Assembly (NCBI GenBank): GCA_035221665.1
Contig: CM069155.1
Span: 30,442,001 to 30,506,000 of the forward strand
Length of the DNA stretch: 64,000 nucleotides
Direction: 5' to 3'
Source: Okamejei kenojei
Taxonomy: Eukaryota
The position numbers were made by a program, and so were the translations under genes. The notes beneath the pieces are model-generated. The model worked only from the letters and a program-made list of their open reading frames with translations, was not told the origin of the DNA and made no database searches. Positions 51,177-64,000 of this stretch are shown piece by piece. How positions within the stretch are numbered: position 1 is the first letter of the stretch; each line of letters opens with the position of its first letter.

Positions 51177-51329
51177 GTTGGATGATCAGCCATGATCATA
51201 TTGAATGGCGGTGCAGGCTCGAAGGGCTGAATGGCCTACTCCTGCACCTAATTTCTATGTTTATGTTTCTATGTTTATAGATGTAACATTTCCATTTCGA
51301 GATCAGGGGTGTGGGGGCAAATATGCGTC

Positions 51330-52435
51330 AAGCCGATAGCCTAATCGTTAAAGTGTTATAAGATAGCCAAATCGATAAAGAGCTGAGAAGAGGCATCAGA
51401 GCAGCCAAGGAAAGGTACTCTGAGAAGTTGAGGAGCAAGTTCACAGCTAGTGACTCTTCTTCAGTTTGGAAGGTCATGCAAGAAATCACCAGCTTGAAGA
51501 GGAAAGCCCCCCGCTCTTTGGACAATCGACAGCTGACGAACGACCTGAATGAGCTTTACTGCAGGTTTGGAAATCAGAAACGTAACCCTGGTACCCCCTC
51601 CACAACAAACACAGCCAGACCCCAGTCTGCAAAGAATGGACCCTGCACCCTCTCCTTCCCATTCACCACTTCACACCTATTTAAGGCAAGACTCCTGTAT
51701 GAAAAGAGTGGACCCTTTCCCACCCCCAACCAACACTTTACACCCACTCACAGCCTGACCTCAGTCTGCAAAGACTGGGCCCTTCTACACCCACCCCACT
51801 CCAATCACAACTTCACACCCAATTACTCACTTTTAACCAGTCCCTACAAAGATGTTCCTGCCTGTTTCAAAGTCTCCACTATTGTCCCTGTACCCAAAAA
51901 GTAAGGATTACTGGTCTTAATGACTACAGGCTTGTCGCACTGACATCTGTAGTCATGAAGACTGTTGCAAGGCTTGTGCTGGCCAAGCTGAAAAATATCA
52001 CAATTCCTCTGCTGGACCCTCTGCATTTTGCATATTGGGCTAATAGATCTGTGGATGACGCAGTCAATCAGGGCCTGCACTTTATCCTCCAGCACCTAGC
52101 CTGCCACGGGACCTATACGACCATTTTGTTTGTTGATTTTAGCTCTGCATTCAACACTATTGTGCCAGAGCTACAACGCTCCAAACTTTCTGACTTGACT
52201 GTGCCTGAACCCCTCTGTCGGTGGATCACCAGCTTTCTGACAGACAGGAGGCAGCATGTGAGGCGGGAAAGCAGATCTCCGACCCGCAAACGCTCAGCAT
52301 AGGAGCACCGCAAAATGCGTACTCTCCCCTCTCCTCTACTATCGCCACACCAATGACTGTACCTCCACAGACACCTCTGTCAAGCATCTCAAGTTTGCGG
52401 ACGACAGAACCATGATTGGACTGATCCAGGATGGG
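51330..52435 (+). mobile_element. Rex1/Babar-type LINE RT fragment
   Basis: [51 protein letters not shown]. Confidence 0.85.
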
Positions 52436-54206
52436 GATCTCTATATTCTTTTCAGTTTGACATCTTTCCTATAACATGGTGCCCAGAACTGAACACAATA
52501 ATCTAAATGCGGTCTCACCAACGTCTCATGCAAGCCAGCAATCAAGCCTTGGAACAAGAGTGGGGAATGCTGAGGACGGAGTTTCTCTTTCTGTCGCTAA
52601 CTTTGAGGCTTTCCCCACCTAATTATTTCAATTTTACAGGGGATTGTAAAACAATAAAATACGAGATTTGTTTCTTTTTAAAAAAATCACATTTTATAAA
52701 TTAATTTTATCGTTGGAAAAGCTGATTCAAAAAATGAATATAGTATATAGTTAAGGATAAAACGTTACTTTTCTTTCTACTCTCAGTTTCTAATCTCTCC
52801 ATTTAATTAATAGGGCCTCCGAGATTATGTTATGTTTGACAAGAAGTGGATTGAAGAGGTAAATTCGATCAGAGAGGTGGGCATAATACCGACAAATCCA
52901 GCAAAACAAGACTTCGCCATTGGACTTTACATGACTCGCCGGGTCAGGCAACATCTGATTAGAATGGCGAGGCATCATTTCAGGTCGAGACCCTTCTGCA
53001 GACTAATTGGAACAGAGGGGAGAAAGCTGGAAAATAGATATGAGGTGGGATACAACCTGCCAAGTGATAGGTGGATACAGATGTGAGAGGGGGTTGGATT
53101 AACAGATGGGGGTGGGATGGGATCATATTAATGGCGGTGCAGGCAAGGGCTGAGGTTTCTATGTGAAAAGGGAACAAGAAGCAAAATCAGCCACAAAATA
53201 AGGGGGAAATGGAGTGAATGATAACCGTGGAGGAAGGGATGGGGTGAAAATAGACAGCACACGTTCCCAACCTGTTATTTTACTTCTGGAAATTGACATC
53301 GTACTGGAGGGTCTCTCCAGATAGGACTTACCCACATCGGAAGCAGACTTTCCCCAGCCACAGTGCATCACTTTTCACAACTTATTCCCCCTGTTAAACA
53401 TTTTTTTTATTCCCAGAGAAGAACATCCAAGCAGTTGCCAAATCCCGAAAGCTGTTTATCCCATTTCTGGGAATCGCGATGTAACTACTTTTATTTCGGT
53501 TGGTGCGAAGCCTCCCTTCAAGATGAGTCTAGCGCTCACCCTTACGAGCCTGAACTTTATTCCTCTCGTTATACTGTCGAAATGTATGACCACTTCTGGT
53601 GATTAATGTTGAGCTGATTTGAGACCCCGGTAATGCCGCGGTTAACTAATTCGTCAAACCACACTTTTCATCGAGTTTTTCATGGAATAAACTGATATCT
53701 TGTGATATTTTGTGCGGTAAGATTGGAAACATTTGGGTACTTTAAGCATATTAGCGCAATGCCACGACTGCACTTCCGGATTTCTGGGACATCCAAAGTA
53801 GGAGACAAGGATTTGCACCTAATTTCTTCAATCTGGGGGTACTTGCAAACATCAGCTGTCCTAACACATGGGTCAACATCAATCATGAAAACGCAGTTTA
53901 TTTGAAATATAACAAAGTTTCACAAAATGCCAGTTTATACTCTGGACATTATTGCTTTTATTCTATTGAAGGCAAGGACATTTGCACAGAAAATTACAAC
54001 GGTGCATCGTAAATAGAATAATCGGTTTTATTGCATTAAATGTTACATTATTGTTTTTCAGCTCACCGTAAAATACGGATAGCGCATTCAAGGCAACGAA
54101 ATGCACATGTGCTGCGTTTGAACAAATAGTAAAGCGAACAGTCGATATCTGCATATTGGATTAATTTACAAAAAAATGTAGCAAATCGGGATTTTGATCC
54201 TTTAAA

Positions 54207-54529
54207 TTAGAGGCAACTGGATCTGGCGATATTGGCCTTAATCGGGGTTGTCTGGGTTTCGTGTTTAACCACACATGAATAAAGATCGTGTGAGTTCCAG
54301 TAGGCGGCTGGCAGAGTCAGGTAACTGCTCGCACTGAACGAGTTGTCCTTCTCCTGCTGGACCCGGCTGGTCGCAGCGCCATCACTTCTCGCACTGCCGT
54401 CCACGGTCCACTCAATGTCCACAGCGCCCGGATTGAACCCGCTCACCAAACACACCAAGGTGGCGGTACTTTTGGCGGTGACTTCACCCATTGAAGGCGC
54501 CAGAATGGAAACGATGGGGGGGCGCGGAC
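54207..54529 (-). CDS. IGLC: Ig light-chain constant exon, cluster 3
   Basis: ttttcag|GT CCG CGC. Four amino-acid differences from the cluster 2 C exon. Confidence 0.95.
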
Positions 54530-57182
54530 CTGAAAATAAGAATTGAAATAAATACAAATGGATTATTTATCAGTTTACGTTAAGTCAGAATCGATTCAGC
54601 TGGAATGACTCCAGACAAGATTTATGTCGACGGTGCCAGGTTTCGAACGCCTGAACTATAGGCATCGATTGGATATGCAAGGATGTTAGTCCTTGGAGTG
54701 TAGAATACCTTCGGGTGATCGCATGGCGGTGTACAAAAGCGCGAGGGGGATACATAGGGTTAGCGCACATTAGTATTTTCCCCATAGTAGGAGAATGAAG
54801 AATTAGGTTCAGGGCAACACTTCGACACAAAATGCGTTGACTCTATGGAATGTGTTCACCAGAGAAGTTGTTGAGGCTGGTACAATAACACCATTTAAAT
54901 AAACATTTGAATTAATACTTGGATTTAAAAAAAGGTACAAAGAGACATGGGCCTGACATGTGCAAATGGGAAACTCGGTCGGAATGAAATAGGTGGATTT
55001 AAGGTCTGTTCCACCGCTGCATAACTCCTTGGCTCTATGGCCGTGGACTGCACTGGCTTTACAATTACCCTTGATGTATAAACCTGATTTTATACAGCAG
55101 AATCATGATAAGTTATTTTAGTGCCAATACCCGACGTTTGGTAAAACATGTACCCTACGGTTGTCTTCAGATCATGGAACCGGGCGAAAAAATTGAATTA
55201 CAACCCATCCTTGCAGAATAAGGAGCATTGAAAAATTAATGTTGCAGGAATAGTCTTTAGAATGTTACTTATTAGTGAATATTCCACATCGTCCAGAAAG
55301 CCCATGATTCAATGATGGTGACGGTCAGAAAAATGAAAGGTAAAACTAAAGAAATGTTTTGATCAGATTCAAATACCTTCTGACACATGTCCAGACAGCT
55401 CTGGGTTTAACATCCAACATATTCGAACTTTAAAAAAACATTTCAACCTAATGCGGAATTTAAAGACGCTGTACTATTTCCTTCCAATCTTTCGATTCTG
55501 AGCAATTCAGCAATAACCTCGTTTACTTGTGTGCCCATTTCCGCACTAATTTATCCGAAAATCCCAAAATGATGTCTCGCTCTTTTAAGCTTTTTGACAT
55601 GTCGGTCAACCAACTGCCTGCTCGTAAAAAAAATCAACAATCAGAGGGATCATGTTTAACAGCATAATAAACAGTCTGCGTTTTCTGCTGTATCATACAC
55701 TCGATGACAAAATGGTGCCGTGCAAAGCGTTTAAATATGTGTTTATTACCTTTTCCCTGACAATTAGTTTTAGCGTTGTTCTAGGGAGCGCATGTAAACC
55801 TGTCGAAACGCCACTTTACCCTCACGGTATCATTAAAACGATCAGAAATCCACTTTGCGCAATTTGCCCTAATGGGTATTTGCAATTTCAAAATTATCCT
55901 ATTTAAATTCACCAACATCCCTTGCCAAATGTTTATTAACTTTCCTTTGGATGCTTCCAATGATTCTATTAGGCCCACTCTCAGAGTTGGTATTCTCAGT
56001 GTCCACAATATACCGTAAGCTAATGCAATCTCATAATTTCCCGAACATTTATTCAAGTAGCGGCAACAGTTGTCATTATAACTGTTTATACCATTATAAC
56101 ACATTTGCATTAGGCTTATATCGAAGCAAAGTGATCAATAGCAGCAGTCTCGGACGAAACCCGCCACTTGAGGAAACATCAAATCAGAGAATCAGCATTT
56201 CGGCTGAACGAGCAGGTTTCATGAAAATCAGGGAACAAAGGGGGAATAGAGCTTCAGGAGATAATTCCAGAATTTAACACGTTTGAAGCACACCTGTCAG
56301 AATGTGAATGCGCAAAAAATTCCACGATGATCACGGTTAGGTGAGCGCCGATTTCTCCGAGTGTTGGAGGGATAGAGGTAAAGGATTATTTTTTTTTAAA
56401 ACAAGTTCACATAGGAGAAACAAGGAACCGCGAATGTTGGCATCTTGACTACAACACAAAGTGCTGAAGTAATCCAGCGGACCAGACACCTTCTCTGGAG
56501 AAAGAAAGATTATATTTCCGTTCGGGAAAGTCTCGCAAAGGTTCCGACACAAGACGTTGCCTATCCATCCGTCTACCTGGGATGCAGGCTGACCCGTTCT
56601 GTGCTACGTAGGTCTAATGGGATCGTTCTACCGAGGAGTTTTGATGGAAAGCAAAACCTAAGTTCAAAGTTTCATGTTTCACACCCTGAATGTTTTACTT
56701 ACTGCTTATATTCAGTTTGGTTCCTCTCCCAAAGGTTAATTTATTGCCATCCCACACAGCACAGTAATAATCGGCCGCGTCCTCCGATTGCACGTTGGTG
56801 ATGGTTAAATGCATTTGGTTCGTGGATGACTCCACGGAACCCGTGAATCTGTCTGGAATTCCGGAGCCTCTGGAGCTTCCATACCACACGAAGACAGGAG
56901 CGCTGCCCGGCTTCTGCCAGTACCAGCTCGTGTACCAGCTACCGATGGTGCTCCCTGACATGGTACAGGTGATTTTGACGGTTGTTCCCGGCGAGGTTGA
57001 TATAGACGGGACCTGAGGCAAGGTAACCTCCGCGTTTATAGCTGATAGAAAAAAACGGATAAATATACAGAACCATTAGAAGAAACACAGCAGAATGTGA
57101 AACGATACAGCATTAATCATTCTGCGCTCTACTCACAGTGGAAACAGGTCACCAAGGCGAGAACCCAAACCCATTCAGCCAT
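54207..57182 (-). CDS. IGL: Ig light chain, cluster 3 (lambda/type II-like, germline-joined), spliced ORF 235 aa, apparently intact
   Basis: Exons 57182-57137, 57041-56703 and 54529-54207 splice in frame (708 nt). Canonical Cys, Trp and FGXG residues present. Confidence 0.93.
56703..57041 (-). CDS. IGLV: Germline-joined VJ exon, cluster 3
   Basis: EVTLPQVPSISTSPGTTVKITC...SWYWQKPG...DYYC AVWDGNKLT FGRGTKLNIS, then A|GTAAGT. 339 nt. Confidence 0.95.
57137..57182 (-). CDS. IGLV: Leader exon, cluster 3 (identical to cluster 2)
   Basis: MAEWVWVLALVTCFH, T|GTGAGT donor, 95-nt intron. Confidence 0.92.
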
Positions 57183-57268
57183 GTCGAAGGTGGTAAAGGA
57201 ATATTTTGCTGCACAAGCGCGGTTTTGAGCCGTTTCAAAGTTTCTCTTTTAAAGTCTTCAGCATCCCA

Positions 57269-57311
57269 ACGTCACTAATTATTAATTAGTCATGCAAATC
57301 TTTATCACGTG
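57269..57311 (-). promoter_or_regulatory. Light-chain promoter 3: CACGTG (57306-57311), octamer (57292-57299), TGACGT (57269-57274)
   Basis: Same architecture as promoters 1 and 2. Confidence 0.87.
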
Positions 57312-57999
57312 ACATAGATTCACTTAATTATTGGTTCGGTGTAAAATGATATTTCTGCAGCTCCAGCCCTTTGGGAGAAAGAAATATTCATGTTGTTTTA
57401 AGTGGGAGGAGAATAGCAGACAACGGTGAACACAACGGCGGCGGGGGGGGGGGGGGGGGGGGGGGGGGGGGTGTTGGAGAGAAGCCCTGAGACTCAGATG
57501 GGAACTGTTGTGTGAGAGCAGGCTCTTATTTACTGAGTAAAAGGAGTCAGCTGTGTTGAATGATGGGACTGTTTAGACTTTGCACTAATCCGCTTAAGCT
57601 CCCAAATAATTATAAAATGAAGCATTTGTCCTTTTCCTACAAATAATTCGCAGCCGTATAATTAAAGTGGAATATGGAGATGACAAATTATTTAAATGGT
57701 ATTTTTTTATCGGGCTGACAGGGCGTTAAGATGTATTGTATTTCATCCTAGATTTATTGTATTCCATTGCGGTACTGAATTCATTGCTTTGAGTTTTTTT
57801 AATTTCAAAATTACCATGGACGTTCCTTGGTATTAATTTTCACCAAGAAAGGAAGAGAGACAGAAAGTCGTCCACCGCATGCCAGTTGGTTGCACATCTG
57901 ACCTGGAGAAGCTGTTACTAGAACAATGTAATGGGCACTGACAAATTGATCAAGGTTATCTTGCAAATGTTAAAATGTTGTTGATAAAGAGAGAGCAAA

Positions 58000-59460
58000 G
58001 GGGCTTAGGAGTGCAGGTGCAGGATTCCCCAAAAGTTAATTCACAAGTCGGAAGCAAGGAAAGCATTTCTTTCGAGAGGGCCAGAACACAAAAACAAAAT
58101 ACAAAAACAGGGAGGTAATGCTGAGTCTTTATAAGGCACTGGTCAGACCGCATTTGGAGTGTAGCGAGCAGTTTGGAACTCCAATCTGAGGCGTTTGAGA
58201 GGGTCCAGAGGAGGTTTACGACGGTGATCCCAGGGATAATTGGGTTAACGTGTGATGAGCGTTTGACGGCACTAGATCCGTGCTCGCTATATAGTTTGTG
58301 AGGATGAGAGGAGAGAGACCTCATTGAAATTTACCGAATTGTGAAGACCTGGATAGAGCGGTTGTGGAGTGGATGTTTCGACGAGCGGGGGAGTCTAGGA
58401 CCAGAGGTGAAAGCCTCAGAATAAAAGCACGTCCAATTAAAGAGGAGATGAGGAGGAATTCCTTTAGTCAGAGGGTGGTGACCCTGTGGAATTCATTGCC
58501 ACAGAAGGCTGTGGAAGCCAAGTTAATGGATATTATTAAGGTGGAGATTGAGTGGTTGATGATTAGTAACAGTGTTAAGGGTTATGAGAAGACGTCAGAA
58601 AAATGGGGTTGAGAAGAAAAGATAAATCAAGCGTGATTGAATGGCGGGGTAGAATTGATGGGCCGAATAGCCTAATTCTCCTACAAATTGAGAATTCCCG
58701 AACGATGTTTCACCAATTTAGCCAAAGACTTTGAAGAAGTGTCAGATTAGGGAAAGGGGAGGTGCAACGAGACCTGGGTGTCCTTGAACATCAGTGACTG
58801 AAAGGAAACATGCAGATAAAGCAAGCAGTGAAGAAAGCGAATGGCCTTCGTAGCGAGAGGATTTGAGTATAGGAGCAAGGAGGATCTACTGCAGTTGTAC
58901 AGGCCCCTGGTGAGTCCACGCCTGGAGTATTGTGTACAGTTTTAGTCGTCTAATTTGAAGAAGGACATTCTTGCTATTGAGATAGTGGAACGTGAGTTCA
59001 CCAGATTAATTCCCGGGATGGTGGAACTGACAAATGATTGACTGGGCTTATATGCACTGGAATTCGGAAGGATGAGAGGGGTCCGTATAGAAAGATATAA
59101 CATTCTTAAGGGATTGGATACGCTAGATGCAGGTAACATGTGCCCGATGCTGGGGGAGTCAAGAACCAGCGGTCGCGGTTTAAAAAGAAGGCGTAGGGCA
59201 TTTAGGACTGAGATGCGGAAGCACATTATAACCCAGAGAGTTGTGAATCTGTGGTATTCTCTGCCACAGAAGGCAGTGGAGGCCAATTCACTGAATATGT
59301 TCAAGAGAGAGTAAGATATAGGATTTAGGACTGAGGGAATCAAGGCAAAGGGGAGAAAGCAGGAACGAGGTACTGATTTTCGATGGTCAGCCATGATCAT
59401 ATTGAATGGAGGTGCTGCTCGAAGGGCCGAATGGCCTACTCCTGCTCCTATTATCTAAGA
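58000..59460 (+). mobile_element. Two adjacent decayed CR1 3' fragments
   Basis: Degenerate RT C-terminal motifs (SQRVVTLWNSLP, TQRVVNLWYSLP), each followed by a CR1 3' UTR. Confidence 0.8.
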
Positions 59461-62400
59461 GTCTTGGTGTTTATTGTAATCGGAAGAACAGAACATTGGG
59501 CGATTAGTTGGAAATATAGAAAACGCATAAACAGGCTATTTTTGGTTTGAAAGATGGAAAAACTGATGTGCCTCATAGATCAGTGCTGGAGCCCCAGTTT
59601 CCAAAAATGTATACACACGGCTCAAAAAAAGCTAAGACATGTGTGACTGTTGAATTTGCTAAAGACGTGAAGAACCAAACAAGGCCACAGTGCATGTGGA
59701 TAGTTCCAGTGAATGGGAAAACGCCTGGTAAATGCACGATGTGGGAACATATGGAATGCCAATTTTGGCAGGGCGAGTGATAGAAAAGAATGTTCTTTGC
59801 AATATCGACAGAAAAAACTGGAGTAGTGGGACAGGCAGCATCTCTGGAGAGAAGGAATGGGTACATTTCGGGTCGAGACCCTTCATATTTACATTATGAC
59901 AGTTTGCACTGTTTTGAGATGCAGAATTATTTCGGTTCCCTGGTGACGATACGCAACAGCCTCGAACAAGGTAGAACAACTACCTAGGAAAAGTAACTGT
60001 GTTAGCATCTAACGTCAGACAAAACGGATGCAAAAGAGAGAGGTTCTTAGTGCTTCAGTTATACTTCATCGCACAATCGAGCAGAGTATTGAAATGTAAA
60101 TGCCTTTGAAGCAATTCAGAAAATGATTACTAGACCCATATCTGCGACGAGCCAGTTGTCTTATGAGGAATTGCTCGACGGTTAGAAGCGTGAAGCTTCT
60201 AACTTAATTGAAACACAGGTGATTATGCTAGATCTTAACAGCATGTGAAGCGAGAGAACAATTCGTCTCGGATAATCTAAAAGTAAACGTCACCTGTTAC
60301 ACAAAAATAAATGCCCACTTCAAAAAGTGAAGAAACAAAACACATTTATCAGAATGGAGAAAGCCTCATCAATTACGTTTGTGAAAATGTGGTAGAAGCA
60401 GTCTTTATTTTTTGTCAAAAGTAGAAATATTCCTAATAAATAAGGTGGGGTAATGATATGTTACCAGAGGTGGATGGGACTGCAGATCAGAGGTTACCTC
60501 AGGCCAGTTTGTTTTTGGTGGAACAGTGGTGGAGAGAGTTATCAGCTTTAAATTTTAGTCATTAACATCGTGGATTAACACATTAACACTTGCCCCGGGC
60601 CCAGCAAACAAATGCATCCACGAAGGAGAGCCAATGCCACTACTTTAAAAGAATTTAAAAAAAATACTTTGTCTCCAAATACTGCAACAAACATCTACTA
60701 CAGAAAGTACACTAACCGGTTCAATAACAGCTGCTTGCCGACAACTATCCAGTTTTTGGAAAGACCTACATACCCCACACCATCGACATGTTTTTTTATT
60801 ATTATGTTTATGGATGCAATCTTGTTTCTTTATTTCAGATTTGCATGTATCATTTATTGATATTTTGTTCCTGTGTATTTTCTGCCTCAGTCCACGTGCC
60901 GGCGATGTTTCTACAAGTAAGAGTTATCAGTGTTAAATGAGTTGTAATTTGATGTTCTGTTTGTTTCTTTTAAGAGAATGGTGTTCGGTTATTTATGTCA
61001 TGCGTCGTTTTTTAATCTTTATGACTTTCATTGACATTCAGAACCACTCAAGACCTTGGCAAATTGGATAGATGGAAAGCATGCGGGTAAAAACCTGGGA
61101 CCAAACCCCACTCAAATATACAAAATCCTGTATGCTACTGTCTTCATGTTTGTCCAAAAAAAATTAAAGGCCCTCCCGGAGATATATAAGGTAACATTCT
61201 CATTATTCAGAACATTCAGAACCACAGAAAAAACCACTTTGGCGCTGATATCATTTCAAATAAATCTGAAATTAAAAGCTGTAATTGGTAACGCGAACAG
61301 GACGCTATTGGGTTGTAATTAAAAACAATTTCAGTTACTTTAAGAAGGAAAAGTCTAAAATGTATGTGACCCCACACCCACAATTATTCTGAAGATGCCG
61401 GACAGTCCCCTCAAATACAATAATCTGTGTAATGGAGAATAACAACAGTAAATTGAAAGCAACCACTCTGCATTGTCCAGAGAGATTTTGGGCAAGTCAT
61501 AGATAAAGCAAACTCACTCAAATGTTCAAAATCCTGTTTGCAACTGTCTTCATGTTTGTCCAAAAAAATTGTAAGGCTCTCCGGAGATATTTACGGTAAC
61601 ATTCTTATTATTCACATTCAGTATGCAGGAACATTTTGGCCAAATATTTCATTCTCCTCCATCCCCATACCTAGTTGTGTTCTGTACCGGCAGCAATATA
61701 TTCACATCGACGATCGTGATAGAATAGCGGCTTACACGCGGGAAAGAGAAAGAGTACTCAGCGTGCATTTCAAATTTAAATATGACAGGAGAATGAGTAG
61801 AATGAGTAGAGATGGATGAAATCTCTCACAGAGAAGTATGAGCTGGTATATTTTGCTTCGTGTATGGAGGGGTGGGGGAGGGGAAAATGTGGGTTCATAG
61901 TGCGCAGGAACAGAGGGGCTTTAGGTTCATGAGCACACATCCGGCAAGGTAGGAAGATATATCGCGGGAGTAGTGAGCAAAACCCGAGATATATGTTGGG
62001 TTGCAAAGAACGAAGTAGTGAGTAAGCGGAGAGGTTAGCTGTCAAGCTGGTTACACCGTAGCAGAATCAGAAAACTGTGAAAGGAGAATCTTTTTATGCA
62101 GAGAGAGAGCTAGATAGGGCTCTCATGCAGATTCAAGAGAGAGCTGGATAGGACTCTTAAAAATAGCGGAGTCAGGGGAAATGGGGAGAAGGCAGGAACG
62201 GGGTACTGATTGGGGTTTATCAGCCATTATCACATTGAATGGCGGTGCTTGTTCGAATGGCCGAATGGCCTACCCCTGCACCATTTGTCTCTTGTCTCTT
62301 CTCTATTTCCAAATCGCACCCTGCAAAGGTGAAGGAAGTGCAGATAAGCAAAGGTTTCAAACCGAAACGAGGAAACATATGTTGTGATTGTTTCTCCAAG

Positions 62401-63430
62401 TGCAATTGAGCATTCAGTAAGTTTATTGCCTCCGTCTTTTTTGCTGTCATGTGTCAAAAGTTAAAACCGCTCCTCACTTAGTATGTTCGCACCCACACCC
62501 GTAATCGCCATATGAGTAGGCATTAGATGGGTTCATGGGCATGTACATTACCGTAATATTGCTACAGTGAAAATTGACCATTTGTCCTATCTCCGCAATA
62601 AATGAACATTATTTCATAACCGATGCAATGCTGCCATCTACTGTTGCAAGACTGTACGGCATAGAGACGAACATTTGGGCAATACCAGCATTTTCACATC
62701 AAGCAGTTTGCATTTGCCTCCCCATAAATGACAAGAATTGTAAATATCCCAAAGGTGCTGCAGATGTTGTCACCATTTTGAATTGATTCAGCATTTAAGA
62801 GCAAGATAACGGCAGGGACCACAGAAGATCGTCAAATGCAGCGCCACAACATGCAGGATGAAAATTTACTCGAAGCTACATCTTGGGTTATTGTGAGCGG
62901 CCAGACAACTTTATTTTACGATACAGAGAGAGTGCTCCTGCTCACCAGCCCCCGCATTACTCTGCCAATTGGGCTTCTTTTTGTTTAGGTCCCGATGATT
63001 TGTGCAGATCCGCTGTCAGCATGTATCACTTGGAGTGTTCAGTATGGAAACAGCCCTTCGGCCCAACAAGTACCACCTACCCGAGTGTGCCCCCTATCCC
63101 TCTAAACCTTTCCTATCAATGTACCTGTCCATATGTTTATTAAATGTTATTATAGCACCTGTTTGAACTACCTCTTGTGGCAGCTCGTTCCATATACTCC
63201 CCAACCTCTGTGCGAAAATGTTGCCCATCAGGTTCCTATTAAATCATTCATCTCTCACCTTAAACATATGTCCTCTACACTTTTACCTGCAGTAGCAGAA
63301 TCAAGAACCAGCGCTTGTGAACAGCGATCATATATCATAATAGCGATCCACGTGATCATATAAGCATAGGAATTGTTCCCAATTTTATTGTTATTTACGA
63401 ATGATCTGCATTCAATTAAATGCAATTTCA

Positions 63431-64000
63431 CAAACATATTAAAACAACATATCAGGAGCCTACAGCTAGGATTAAGGTAAATGGAAACATATCAAAAAGG
63501 ATCCAGTTAGAGAGGGGCACAAGGGAAGGATGCTGTCTTTCTCCCACTCTCTTCGTTTTGTATATCGAACCCTTAGCACAAGCAATAAGGCAAAGAGAAG
63601 ACCTGCAGGGGGTCAAATTAGGGGGAAAGAACATATAATTGGTCTTTTCGCTGATGATATAATTCTTTTCCTTGAACGACCAGATATATGTTTTCCAAAT
63701 CTAATGAACCTATTTGAAACATATGGATACTACTCAGGGTATAAATTGAATATAACAAAAACACAAATTCTTTCATTCATCCCAACAAATCAGAGATGCA
63801 TATAATCTGAAATGGAACTCTAAAACGATGCAGTATCTTGGTGTAACTATAACCAAAACACTTCCCAACTTGTTTGAAACTAATTATAACAAAATTGAAG
63901 AAGACATCAAAAAGGATGTTGAGAGGTGGTCGACCCTTCCTCTAGACTTCAGTGCCAGAATACAAACGGTAAAAATGAATATCCAACCTAAACTACAATA
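63431..64000 (+). mobile_element. 5'-truncated L1-clade LINE RT fragment, running off the window end
   Basis: [38 protein letters not shown]. Absent at the paralogous position (about 44950). Confidence 0.88.

Larger units (their letters stand above)
47042..51277 (+). mobile_element. Near full-length CR1-clade LINE (about 4.2 kb; HER1-like family of sharks and rays)
   Basis: 5' UTR, ORF1, ORF2, 3' UTR and (CTATGTTT)n tail. Imperfect TSD taacatt(t)ccattt(g/c)gaga at 47024-47041 and 51284-51302. Confidence 0.94.
52941..63430. repeat. Segmental duplication copy B (cluster 3 unit)
   Basis: Collinear with 27667-44950. Alignment stops at the L1 insertion at 63431. Confidence 0.92.

Noticed and set aside
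47042-51277. Full-length CR1 as an active element
   Set aside because: An in-frame stop and several frameshifts as assembled. Some may be consensus errors, so activity cannot be claimed.

Overview
Vertebrate genomic DNA from a cartilaginous fish, probably a skate or ray (inferred from the Ig organisation and repeat families). It holds three tandem immunoglobulin light-chain clusters on the minus strand, about 24-25 kb apart. Each is promoter (E-box, octamer, CRE half-site), leader exon, ~90-bp intron, germline-joined VJ exon with no RSS between V and J, J-C intron and a 323-bp C exon. The proteins resemble the elasmobranch lambda (type II/NS3) class. Cluster 1 (5129-9147) is divergent and has two single-base frameshifts, one in CDR1 and one in CDR3. 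Cluster 2 (28983-35717) is open but has FWRG instead of FGXG. Cluster 3 (54207-57182) looks intact. Clusters 2 and 3 lie in a segmental duplication that gained different TE insertions afterwards. The rest is mostly retroelements: a near full-length CR1-clade LINE and many fragments, L1-clade and Rex1/Babar fragments, an RTE-derived element, a Harbinger-type MITE and Penelope remnants. More than a dozen short Penelope-derived elements carry intact or degenerate minimal hammerhead-ribozyme cores, several with TSDs or folded back on themselves. Two N gaps and a probably artefactual 2.1-kb C/T tract show the assembly is imperfect, so single-base calls need read support.
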